Below are positions 17,211 to 25,179 of a DNA stretch of 57,477 nt, one piece after another. The notes beneath the pieces were generated by a model that was not told the DNA's origin, made no database searches, and saw only the letters and a program-made list of their open reading frames with translations. The stretch's first letter is position 1, and the number at the start of each line of letters is the position of its first letter. Made by a program: the position numbers and the translations under genes. The DNA is taken from the NCBI GenBank assembly GCA_003560095.1, contig PWJI01000018.1:1-57477 (forward strand). Reading direction: 5' to 3'. This stretch comes from Candidatus Nealsonbacteria bacterium. Its GTDB lineage: Bacteria; Patescibacteriota; Minisyncoccia; Minisyncoccales; PWPS01.

Positions 17211-17948
17211 ATGAGGTTAAAAAATAAAGTAGCAATAGTTACCGGGGCAGGCTCCGGAATTGGTAAAAAAATTGCAGAAGAATTTCTTAAAGAGGGAGCA
17301 AGTGTTGTTTTTTCCGACCTTTTAGAAGACAATGAGGAAATTGAAAATTTGGGAGAAAACGCAAAATATATTAAATGTGATGTTTCAAGCTCTAAAGAAG
17401 TAAATACTCTTATCTCCAAAACAATAGAGATTTTTGGAGGACTTGATGTTGTCGTAAATAATGCGGGAATAGGTTCGCTGGGAGGAGTGACTGATGTATC
17501 AGACGAAGATTGGCAAAAGGTAATTGATATTAATCTCAGTGGGTCTTTTTATGGAATAAGGGATGCTGCAAAAGAAATGAAAAAAAACGGAACAAAAGGC
17601 TCTATAATAAATATAAGCTCTATTCTTGGAGGAGTAGGCTTTAAGGGAGCACTTTCTTATTGTGCTTCTAAGGGCGGAGTTGTTCAGCTTACCAGAGCAA
17701 GTGCTTTGGATTTGGCAGGTGAAGGAATTAGAGTAAACGCGATTGCTCCCGGGTTTATCGAAACAAATATGACCAAAGATGTTTTAAATGATGATGATTT
17801 TAATTCTATGGTAAAAAGCTCAACACCTCTTGGGTATGTTGGTGAGCCTAAAGATATTGCCAATGCGGCAATATATTTGGCCTCTGATCAGTCAAAATAT
17901 GTAACAGGGACAATTATCTACGTTGATGGAGGGTGGACAGCAAGATAA
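17211..17948 (+). CDS. short-chain dehydrogenase/reductase (FabG-like)
   Basis: TGAGSGIGK, NNAGI and S..YCASK catalytic motifs. Confidence 0.85.
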   Translation: MRLKNKVAIVTGAGSGIGKKIAEEFLKEGASVVFSDLLEDNEEIENLGENAKYIKCDVSSSKEVNTLISKTIEIFGGLDVVVNNAGIGSLGGVTDVSDEDWQKVIDINLSGSFYGIRDAAKEMKKNGTKGSIINISSILGGVGFKGALSYCASKGGVVQLTRASALDLAGEGIRVNAIAPGFIETNMTKDVLNDDDFNSMVKSSTPLGYVGEPKDIANAAIYLASDQSKYVTGTIIYVDGGWTAR

Positions 17949-17960
17949 TAATAAAAAGCA

Positions 17961-18821
17961 ATGATTAAGACTGTTTTTTATTCGGATTTTTTGCACAATT
18001 ATTTTCTCTTGACTTTCGTTTTTTTGATTTTGGCATATTTAATTTCTGTTTTTTCTTATTATGTTGTGCATCGAAAAATAAAGTTATCAAATTTTCGTTT
18101 TTCTTATAGAAACTATTATATAATGGTTTCTCCGTTTCTCTTGCCACCTCTTTTTATTGGCTTCTTGGAAGGAACTCTGATTTATTTTTTGGTTTTTTTG
18201 TACTTTGGGTTTTTTGGTGTAATGGGGGAGATTATATTTTCAATATTGTGGAAAATATATTTCAAAAAACCATTTTGGGAATATAAACTTCTTACAATCG
18301 CAAATAAGTTTTCAAGTTTGCTTAATTTTATTCCTTGGGGTGTTGGCGGTTTTTTGTTTTTGCTTGTGACAAATACTTATATCAATAATTCTGGAAACAT
18401 CTTTTATCAGGAAATGAGTATAGGGGAAATGATTAATGTTTTTATATTGGCGACATCTCTTTTTATTTTACAAATTTTCCTTTTTAAAGTGATAGTGAAA
18501 TTATTTTCTTTTAAAAGAGAGAACAGAAAGATTATTTTAATAAAATATTTTTATTTTGTTTCTTCGTTTTTTTTGATAGGAATTTTTATGCCGATTTACT
18601 ATTTTGACTATCTTGTGTTATTTTTCTTTTATGGAATTTTTGCCTTTTTTGCGGAATATCTTTTCGGGAAAATGTCCAAAACAATAATTGGAAAAAAGTT
18701 ATGGACATACGAATATTTAACCATTGATAAAAAACACACAACGCCTCTTAATATTTTTCCTTTTGGTTTAGCGGGATATTATTTCTTTTTTCTCTTTTTA
18801 TTTTTGAGCTTTTTTGTATAA
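17961..18821 (+). CDS. polytopic membrane protein, possibly CmpB/putative ABC-transporter type IV family, internally duplicated
   Basis: Two halves each carry an E-containing TM, then KK..W.Y, then N(F/I)(I/F)P(W/F)G..G(F/Y). No Cys residues. Confidence 0.5.
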   Translation: MIKTVFYSDFLHNYFLLTFVFLILAYLISVFSYYVVHRKIKLSNFRFSYRNYYIMVSPFLLPPLFIGFLEGTLIYFLVFLYFGFFGVMGEIIFSILWKIYFKKPFWEYKLLTIANKFSSLLNFIPWGVGGFLFLLVTNTYINNSGNIFYQEMSIGEMINVFILATSLFILQIFLFKVIVKLFSFKRENRKIILIKYFYFVSSFFLIGIFMPIYYFDYLVLFFFYGIFAFFAEYLFGKMSKTIIGKKLWTYEYLTIDKKHTTPLNIFPFGLAGYYFFFLFLFLSFFV

Positions 18822-18862
18822 TTATGTAAATAGGGGAAAATTATTTATAAAAAATTAAAAAA

Positions 18863-19438
18863 ATGAACAAAAAAATATTTTTATACGTAGTAATTTTTAT
18901 TCTTGCTTCTTTAACTGTTTACGGCTCGTGGTTATTAATTACAGGAAGTGATGATTTTTTCGATGGAGATGATGATTTTGATTACAGTTCTTATTATGCT
19001 CACCTTAAAGAAGAAAAAGAAAATGAGGAAGATGAAGACTTGGGAGGTTCTTGGTGGGATGATTTTGAAAAAGAAGAAGACAGGGAAGATGAAGAAAAAG
19101 AAGAAGACCAAGAAGAAAATAAACCGAAAGAAGACAATGAAGAGCTTTCTTTTAAAGAAGAAAGCGGTGCTAATGATTTTTCACTTATGGAATGCTTAAA
19201 AGAAGAGGGGGTTGTTATTTATGGAAGCAAGTATTGTGGAATTTGCACTTATTTGGTAGAAGAATTTGGAGGAAGCGAAAAGGTTTCTCCAATTTATGTT
19301 GATTGCGAATATGAAGAAGAGAGGTGTAGAGAAGAAAAAATAACATATTATTATCCGGAAATTCAAATAAAAGGTGAGTTATATGAAGGAGAGAGGAGTC
19401 TTGATAAAATAGCACGAGAAACAAATTGTGAAATATAG
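18863..19438 (+). CDS. TM-anchored extracytoplasmic thioredoxin-fold protein (VKOR-partner-type Trx domain)
   Basis: VIYGSKYCGICTYLVEEFGG..IYVDCE..C..YYYPEIQIKGELYEGERSLDKIARETNC parallels the Trx domain fused to bacterial VKOR. Confidence 0.65.
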   Translation: MNKKIFLYVVIFILASLTVYGSWLLITGSDDFFDGDDDFDYSSYYAHLKEEKENEEDEDLGGSWWDDFEKEEDREDEEKEEDQEENKPKEDNEELSFKEESGANDFSLMECLKEEGVVIYGSKYCGICTYLVEEFGGSEKVSPIYVDCEYEEERCREEKITYYYPEIQIKGELYEGERSLDKIARETNCEI

Positions 19439-19456
19439 TCCGTTAAAAAATAATTT

Positions 19457-19484
19457 TTGACAAAAAATATTTTTTTTGTATAAT
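19457..19484 (+). promoter_or_regulatory. consensus sigma70-type promoter
   Basis: TTGACA (19457-19462), 16-nt spacer, TATAAT (19479-19484). Confidence 0.7.
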
Positions 19485-19516
19485 ACGGACAAATTTCAAA
19501 AAGGGAGGAGATTTTG

Positions 19517-19831
19517 ATGGAATATTATTGCAGAGATGTTCTTTTTTATTTAGACAATCATTTTGAGAAAGTTGAGGATTTTAAAGAAGAGCGGTGGGGG
19601 AAGATAAGACAACATATTAGTGAGTGCAAGTCTTGCAGGAAAAAATATATTTGTAAAAAACATCAAAGGAATATTGATAATTATCTTTTCTCAAAAAAAA
19701 GAGATCATCGTCAGAGAGAATTAGAAAACGATGAAATTATTGAAGCTAGTAAGCACATTAAAGAAGGTTGTCGTTCTTGTGAAAAACATTATAGAGAAGC
19801 TCTTAATCGTAAAAGACAAACCTCTGCATAA
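19517..19831 (+). CDS. small basic protein with two zf-HC2-like (anti-sigma-type) zinc-finger motifs, no TM
   Basis: SD gggaggag lies upstream of the ATG. C..LFYLDNHF..HISECKSC follows the H-x3-C-x2-C pattern, and a second motif is HIKEGCRSC. Confidence 0.65.
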   Translation: MEYYCRDVLFYLDNHFEKVEDFKEERWGKIRQHISECKSCRKKYICKKHQRNIDNYLFSKKRDHRQRELENDEIIEASKHIKEGCRSCEKHYREALNRKRQTSA

Positions 19832-19847
19832 AGATTTTTTAAATTTT

Positions 19848-19881
19848 CCCCGCTAATCATTATTTGGCGGGGCTATTTTTT
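19848..19881 (+). terminator. Rho-independent terminator
   Basis: ccccgc (19848-19853) pairs with gcgggg (19867-19872), followed by ctatttttt. Confidence 0.75.
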
Positions 19882-19897
19882 AAAAAGGTGAAATATT

Positions 19898-19926
19898 TTG
19901 ACAACAATAATTTTTTAAAATATAAT
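19898..19926 (+). promoter_or_regulatory. consensus sigma70-type promoter
   Basis: TTGACA (19898-19903), 17-nt spacer, TATAAT (19921-19926). Confidence 0.75.
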
Positions 19927-19955
19927 TTTGTAATTTGAAAAAAGGAGGGATAAAA

Positions 19956-20156
19956 GTGAATTCTCCTTTGTGTGAGAAAGCACTAAAAAAATTTGAAGAC
20001 GGCCTTAACGGAAAACTGGAAACAGAAGAAGAAAACAGAAAGGCGCTGAAAGAATCTATTTCTCATGCTCTTGGCAAAGATTCTAATAATAACTGTACTT
20101 GTTTTTATTGCTGGCCCATAATGATTATCAAAAAAAGGGAAGTTTATGGAAAATGA
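19956..20156 (+). CDS. small zf-HC2-like Cys protein (66 aa from GTG)
   Basis: SD aaggaggg (GGAGG at 19944-19948) lies 7 nt before GTG 19956. C..FEDGLNGKL..SISH..CTCFYC. Confidence 0.55.
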   Translation: MNSPLCEKALKKFEDGLNGKLETEEENRKALKESISHALGKDSNNNCTCFYCWPIMIIKKREVYGK

Positions 20157-20169
20157 AGCCGTCTTTGTT

Positions 20170-20198
20170 GCTCTGCGTTAAATCGTAGAGCTTTTTTT
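20170..20198 (+). terminator. Rho-independent terminator
   Basis: An 8-bp stem (20170-20177/20184-20191) with loop ttaaat and a T7 run (20192-20198). Confidence 0.8.
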
Positions 20199-20257
20199 GG
20201 AATAAAATATGTTCTTGATTTTAACCTCTATGAGAGATATTATTTATAATAAATTTA

Positions 20258-21034
20258 ATGAGCAAAAGACAACATATGGAAGAATTTATAAAAAAACTAA
20301 CTAAAAATGCGGGAGATTTGGTTTTACCTAATTTTAAAAAGGAAAAAGATCTTCTTTCACTAAGAAAAGGGAGCAAGGATGTGGTAACTAAGTATGACAA
20401 AGATGCTGATAATTACATTGTCAGTGAAATTAATAAAAGATACCCTGAGCACGGGATTCTAACCGAAGAATCGGGTTTTAACGGTAAAAAATCAGATTAT
20501 TTATGGATTGTTGATTCTTTAGATGGTAGTGGAAATTTTGCAAACGGAAACCCTCTGTTTTCTGTTTGCATTGCTCTCTCTTACAGGGAGGAATTAATTT
20601 TAACATCTACTTATGCTCCGGCAATTGATGAATTTTATTTCGCTAAGAAAGATAAGGGAGCTTTTTTGAACGGAAAAAGGATTAACGTATCTAGTACGAA
20701 AAAAGTAAAAGATTCTTATGTTGCTTTTTGCGATGGTCACGAAAAGGATCGAAAAAAGCTTTCCGGTAAACTCTCTCTTGTTTTTGAAAACGCAATTGAT
20801 TTAAGGAAATTAGGCTCTGCAGGAATTGAAGCGGGATGGGTGGCCATGGGAAGGTTGGATGCTTTTTTGATGTTTGAAGGAGATCCTTGGGATTTGGCTT
20901 CAGGAGTTTTAATTGTTAGAGAGGCAGGAGGAAGGGTTAGCGATATTAAAAATGATAAGTGGAAAAGAGAAAGAGGTAGTTTTATTTTTTCTAACAAAAA
21001 AATTCATGAAGAGATAAGAAGCTTAATTCAATAA
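20258..21034 (+). CDS. inositol monophosphatase family protein (SuhB-like)
   Basis: EESG and WIVDSLDGSGNFANG motifs. Confidence 0.85.
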   Translation: MSKRQHMEEFIKKLTKNAGDLVLPNFKKEKDLLSLRKGSKDVVTKYDKDADNYIVSEINKRYPEHGILTEESGFNGKKSDYLWIVDSLDGSGNFANGNPLFSVCIALSYREELILTSTYAPAIDEFYFAKKDKGAFLNGKRINVSSTKKVKDSYVAFCDGHEKDRKKLSGKLSLVFENAIDLRKLGSAGIEAGWVAMGRLDAFLMFEGDPWDLASGVLIVREAGGRVSDIKNDKWKRERGSFIFSNKKIHEEIRSLIQ

Positions 21035-21038
21035 AGCA

Positions 21039-21572
21039 TCATTCTTCATATTTTTCTACTTTAAAACGGTATATTAAAACATCCTCTTGGTCATTAATAT
21101 TTATGCCACCTTTCTTGCAAGCGGTAAGTATTTGTCCTTTTATTGTATTTATTCCCTCCAGTCCCGGAAGCAAGAGACCGCTTTTTGAAGATTTTTTTTC
21201 TTTTACAATAATTCCGTATTTTTCAGGATCAAGCTCTTCTATTTTTTTTACTTCTTTTGGTTTTTCCAAAATACTTACCTCATAAGATAAAAGAGGGAGC
21301 TCTTCTTTTTTGACTGGCCCAAGACGATAGTCTTTGGTGCATGCCGATATCGCATTTTCAATTATTTCCTCTGCGATATTTTTTCTTGTTGGCAAGTAAG
21401 TTCCTATACAACTACGAAAATTACCCTCTTTTTTAATGGTGATAAAAACTCCCGCCCTCTCATTAAAGAGCCTTAAAGAGCCATTTTCCAAAGGAGAGAC
21501 TATTTCTTCTTTAGTAACATATTCTTCAACTGCTTTTCGGGCAAGCTTTGTAACTTCTTTTTTAAAACTCAT
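21039..21572 (-). CDS. AMMECR1-domain protein (AmmeMemoRadiSam system protein A)
   Basis: GVFITIKKEGNFRSCIGTY..L.YEVSIL pattern. Operon context with a Memo-like protein and a radical SAM enzyme. Confidence 0.8.
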   Translation of the reverse strand: MSFKKEVTKLARKAVEEYVTKEEIVSPLENGSLRLFNERAGVFITIKKEGNFRSCIGTYLPTRKNIAEEIIENAISACTKDYRLGPVKKEELPLLSYEVSILEKPKEVKKIEELDPEKYGIIVKEKKSSKSGLLLPGLEGINTIKGQILTACKKGGININDQEDVLIYRFKVEKYEE

Positions 21573-21579
21573 TTTAAAA

Positions 21580-22260
21580 TTATTGTTTTTTAAAAATAAA
21601 TTGTGTAATTAAATATCCAACTCCGAAAGGAGCTTCGTATGATATTATTTTTGGAAAATAATCTTTGTTTGTGTTTTTTTTGTAAGACTCTAAGATTCCA
21701 AAAAGAAAAGATATTGATCTTAATCCACATTCACCGGCAGAAGGATATTTTTCTTCTAGAGTTAGCATGTTTTTGATATTTTTTTCTTTAATGGAAGAAA
21801 TTATTTGTTTATCGAAATTTTTTCCATCATGGTGAAAACCGTAAGGGCCATCTTCTTTTAACCTGTGAGAAAGATCTCCGCTTGCAATGAGAGCAAAATT
21901 GATATTTTTTTCCTTGATATGTTTGTTGTAAAAATTTTGCCCCAAAAGAAAGTGTTTTTTTGGTGAAAAAGAAGAAGTAATTATGGGAACAATTTTTGAT
22001 TTTTCGATATTTACATTTTTTAGAGTATGGTAATCAAGTACTTTTTCTTGAGACAAAAAATATAAAGGCACATTAAAGCCCCAATCGGGGTGAGGAGAAG
22101 AAATTATGATTTTATCAATCTTTTTATCAGCAAAAATATCTCCAAGATTTTTCATCTTTGTGATTGTTTTTTTTACTTCTTCTTTATCTTTTTCTAGTCC
22201 AACTCCCGGAAGAAGTAGGGGTGGGTGAGGCATTATTGATGCAAAACTTATTTTACTCAT
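21580..22260 (-). CDS. Memo/LigB-fold (class III extradiol dioxygenase-like) protein, candidate AmmeMemoRadiSam protein B
   Basis: MPHPPLLLP, SSPHPDWG, SGDLSHRL and ECGLRS motifs. Overlaps the radical SAM gene by 8 nt. Confidence 0.6.
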   Translation of the reverse strand: MSKISFASIMPHPPLLLPGVGLEKDKEEVKKTITKMKNLGDIFADKKIDKIIISSPHPDWGFNVPLYFLSQEKVLDYHTLKNVNIEKSKIVPIITSSFSPKKHFLLGQNFYNKHIKEKNINFALIASGDLSHRLKEDGPYGFHHDGKNFDKQIISSIKEKNIKNMLTLEEKYPSAGECGLRSISFLFGILESYKKNTNKDYFPKIISYEAPFGVGYLITQFIFKKQ

Positions 22261-23314
22261 AATTTTTTTCCATTATGTCTAAGTTTTCGTTACACCCGGG
22301 ACACTTTCCTTTTTGATCATATCTTTCAATTGAAAACGAGGTGCGATTAATACAGAGAGTCTTGCAGTTAAAGCAGTTGGTGTCTTGATAGTTTCTTGCC
22401 GGTACGTTTCCTATATAAACATATTTCAAGCCGTTCTTTTTTCCGATTTCGCGTGCTTTCTCTAATTTCTTTTGGGGTGTTTTGGGGGTATTTTTTAGTT
22501 TCCAAGAAATTTCTCCCGAAAATTGACTGATGTGCCATGGAGTTTCGGGACCTAATTTATTGTAAATAAAAGAAGATATTTTATCAAACATTTTTTCCGA
22601 GTCGGAAATTTTTGGAATTATTAGAGTGGTTATTTCAACCCATACATTTTTTCTTTTAAAATGTATTGCTGAATGTAAAACGGGCTCTATTCTTGCCAAG
22701 CAATTTTTTTTATAAAATTTTCTTGAAAAACCTTTAATATCAATATTAACAGCATCTGTGTAAGGAGTTATGGCAAGAAGAGATTTTTTTGACATAAATC
22801 CGTGCGTTACGAGGCAATTTTTTATTTTTTCTTCTTTTGCCAATTTCATTACGTCAAAGGTGTATTCGAAGAAAGAAAGTGGATCCGTATAAGTGTAGGA
22901 GATAGTTGGCAATTTGTTTTCTTTTGTAATTTTAATTATTTTTTCAGGAGCAATAAATTTTCCTTCAATTTGCTTTTTGGCTTTTGGGGTTTGAGATATG
23001 GACCAATTTTGGCAATTTTTGCAAGAAAAAGAGCAACCGGCACAACCCAAAGAAAGAGAAAAAGTTCCCGGGTAAAAATGGTAAAAAGGTTTTTTTTCAA
23101 TAGGGTCAATATTTAGGGCAACTACTTTTCCGTAATTTAAGGAGTAAAGAGTTCCGTTAATATTTTTTTTTACACCACACTTTCCTTTTTCGTTTTTACA
23201 GAGAAGACAAAAATGACTGCAAGTTTGGCATAGTGTTTTTTTATCTTTAATCTTTTTGTATAAATAGCATTCTTTCATATAATAAATAATAACGTAAAAA
23301 AACTCTTTCTTCAA
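22253..23314 (-). CDS. AmmeMemoRadiSam-system radical SAM enzyme (PflA-like)
   Basis: N-terminal Cys cluster and CAGCSFSCKNCQNW (CxxxCxxC followed by QNW). The start could be the internal Met at 23278. Confidence 0.8.
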   Translation of the reverse strand: MKKEFFYVIIYYMKECYLYKKIKDKKTLCQTCSHFCLLCKNEKGKCGVKKNINGTLYSLNYGKVVALNIDPIEKKPFYHFYPGTFSLSLGCAGCSFSCKNCQNWSISQTPKAKKQIEGKFIAPEKIIKITKENKLPTISYTYTDPLSFFEYTFDVMKLAKEEKIKNCLVTHGFMSKKSLLAITPYTDAVNIDIKGFSRKFYKKNCLARIEPVLHSAIHFKRKNVWVEITTLIIPKISDSEKMFDKISSFIYNKLGPETPWHISQFSGEISWKLKNTPKTPQKKLEKAREIGKKNGLKYVYIGNVPARNYQDTNCFNCKTLCINRTSFSIERYDQKGKCPGCNENLDIMEKNYE

Positions 23315-23319
23315 TTAAA

Positions 23320-23832
23320 ATGTCTCTTGTGCTACCAAATGAATTTTACAAAAAAGACACAAAAAAGATTGCGCTTGATTTGCTTGAGTGTGATATGGTA
23401 CGTGAGATAAATAAAAAAATATTTTCTTTTCAAGTAAAAGAAGTAGAAATCTACGAAGGATTTCGTGATAGAGCATCACATGCTTTTAGAGGAAAAACAA
23501 AAAGAAACGAACTTATGTTCAAAGAGGGAGGGGTTTTTTATATTTATCTTATTTACGGAATGCATTTTATGCTTAATGTCGTTACCCAAAAAAAGGATTA
23601 TCCGGCCGCAATCTTGATAAGGAAAATTGAAAATTATGACGGTCCCGGTAAAATTACTAAAAATTTAAACATAAACAACTCTTTAAATGGTGCAAGAATT
23701 GAAAAGAGTTCCGGGCTTTGGTTTGAAAAAAAACAAAGAAAATGTAAAATAAAAAAACTGCCACGAATCGGAATTGATTATGCGGGGGAGCCCTGGAAAA
23801 GTAAGCCACTGCGTTTTAAAAGAGAAAATTAA
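23320..23832 (+). CDS. DNA-3-methyladenine glycosylase (MPG/AAG family)
   Basis: VEIYEGFRDRASHAF.GKT.RN..MF..GG..YIYLIYGMH and AILIR motifs. Confidence 0.8.
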   Translation: MSLVLPNEFYKKDTKKIALDLLECDMVREINKKIFSFQVKEVEIYEGFRDRASHAFRGKTKRNELMFKEGGVFYIYLIYGMHFMLNVVTQKKDYPAAILIRKIENYDGPGKITKNLNINNSLNGARIEKSSGLWFEKKQRKCKIKKLPRIGIDYAGEPWKSKPLRFKREN

Positions 23833-23850
23833 TTTTAAGTTTAAGATTTT

Positions 23851-23948
23851 ATAAACCGGTCTCTAATCGGATGAAAGAAATTCCTTTTAAGGAATAAAAT
23901 CTCTCTTCTCACATTTTTTTCACCCGTATAATTTAGAGGCCGGTTTAT
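23851..23948. repeat. 98-nt element closed by 14-nt inverted repeats
   Basis: ataaaccggtctct (23851-23864) versus agaggccggtttat (23935-23948), with 13/14 positions complementary and one G.U in RNA. An inner hairpin attcc..ggaat is present. Confidence 0.6.
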
Positions 23949-23961
23949 GGAATTTTAGTTT

Positions 23962-25179
23962 ATGTCTCAAAAAGAAAAAAATAGAATTGAATTGATGGCT
24001 CCGGTCGGGGATTTTTCGACACTTGTTTCGGCTTGTAATGCGGGAGCAGATGCCGTTTATTTTGGTGTTGGTGATTTTTCTATGAGAGCGGGAAAAAAGA
24101 ATTTTAAAATCACTGAATTGAAAAAAATCAAAAAAATTTGTGAATCTTATCCGAGAAAGCCAAAAATTTATCTAACCTTAAATACTATAATTTATGAAGA
24201 GGAGCTCAAAAAAGTGGAAAAAATAATAGAAAAAGCAAAGACTTACGTTGATGCGATAATAGTTTCTGATTTTTCCGCTATTAAAATTTGTAAAAAGAAT
24301 AATATTCCCTTTTTTATCTCTACTCAAATGTCTGTATCCAATACAAGTACCGCAGAATTTTACAGAGAGCTGGGAGCTAAGAGAATTGTTTTGGCAAGAG
24401 AATTAAATTTAAAACAAATTGGAAAAATAATTCAAAAAACAAAGATAGAGGTGGAAGTTTTTGGCCATGGAGCAATGTGCGTGGCTGTTTCGGGAAGATG
24501 TTTTATGAGTCAATTTTTATTTAATAAATCGGCAAATAGGGGAGAGTGCCTTCATCCTTGCAGAAGATCTTATATTGCAAAAGAAAAAGAGAAAGGACAC
24601 GAGCTTAAAGTTTACAGAAATACTATTTTTTCTGCAAAAGATCTTTGCACGCTACCTTTTATTGAAGAAATAAAAAAGGTGGGAGTTAATTCTTTAAAAA
24701 TAGAAGGAAGAGGAAGAGATGCTCGTTATGTTGATACGGTGGTTAGAGTTTATAGAGAGGCTCTTGATAACAAAATAACAACAGAAAGAATTGTTTTTTT
24801 AATGAAGAAAATGGAAAAAGTCTTTAATAGGGGCTTTTCTTCCGGATTTTATCTTGGAAAGCCAAGTTTTTCTGATTTTTCCGAGTTTGAAAATACAGCA
24901 TCAAAAACAAAAAAAGAATTTATAGGGAAAACGGTTCATTTTTATTCAAAAATAGGAGTTGTTTTGATTGATCTTTATAAAGATTTGAAAGTAGGAGAAA
25001 CGATTTCTTTTATTGGCAAAGATACCGGGGTAAGGGAGATTAACGTAAAAGAAATCGAGATTGAGAAGAGAAAAGTAAAAAAAGGGGAGCGTAAAACCAG
25101 AGTAGGAGTAAAGGTTCCCTTTAAGGTAAGAAATAATGAAGAGGTTTATAGATTAAGGTCTTTCTCTAAGCCAGTTTGA
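23962..25179 (+). CDS. U32-family peptidase-like protein
   Basis: The N-terminus ELMAPVGDFSTLVSACNAGADAVYFG and a conserved Cys region (CVAVSGRCFMS..GECLHPCR) are typical of U32 proteins. Confidence 0.8.
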   Translation: MSQKEKNRIELMAPVGDFSTLVSACNAGADAVYFGVGDFSMRAGKKNFKITELKKIKKICESYPRKPKIYLTLNTIIYEEELKKVEKIIEKAKTYVDAIIVSDFSAIKICKKNNIPFFISTQMSVSNTSTAEFYRELGAKRIVLARELNLKQIGKIIQKTKIEVEVFGHGAMCVAVSGRCFMSQFLFNKSANRGECLHPCRRSYIAKEKEKGHELKVYRNTIFSAKDLCTLPFIEEIKKVGVNSLKIEGRGRDARYVDTVVRVYREALDNKITTERIVFLMKKMEKVFNRGFSSGFYLGKPSFSDFSEFENTASKTKKEFIGKTVHFYSKIGVVLIDLYKDLKVGETISFIGKDTGVREINVKEIEIEKRKVKKGERKTRVGVKVPFKVRNNEEVYRLRSFSKPV

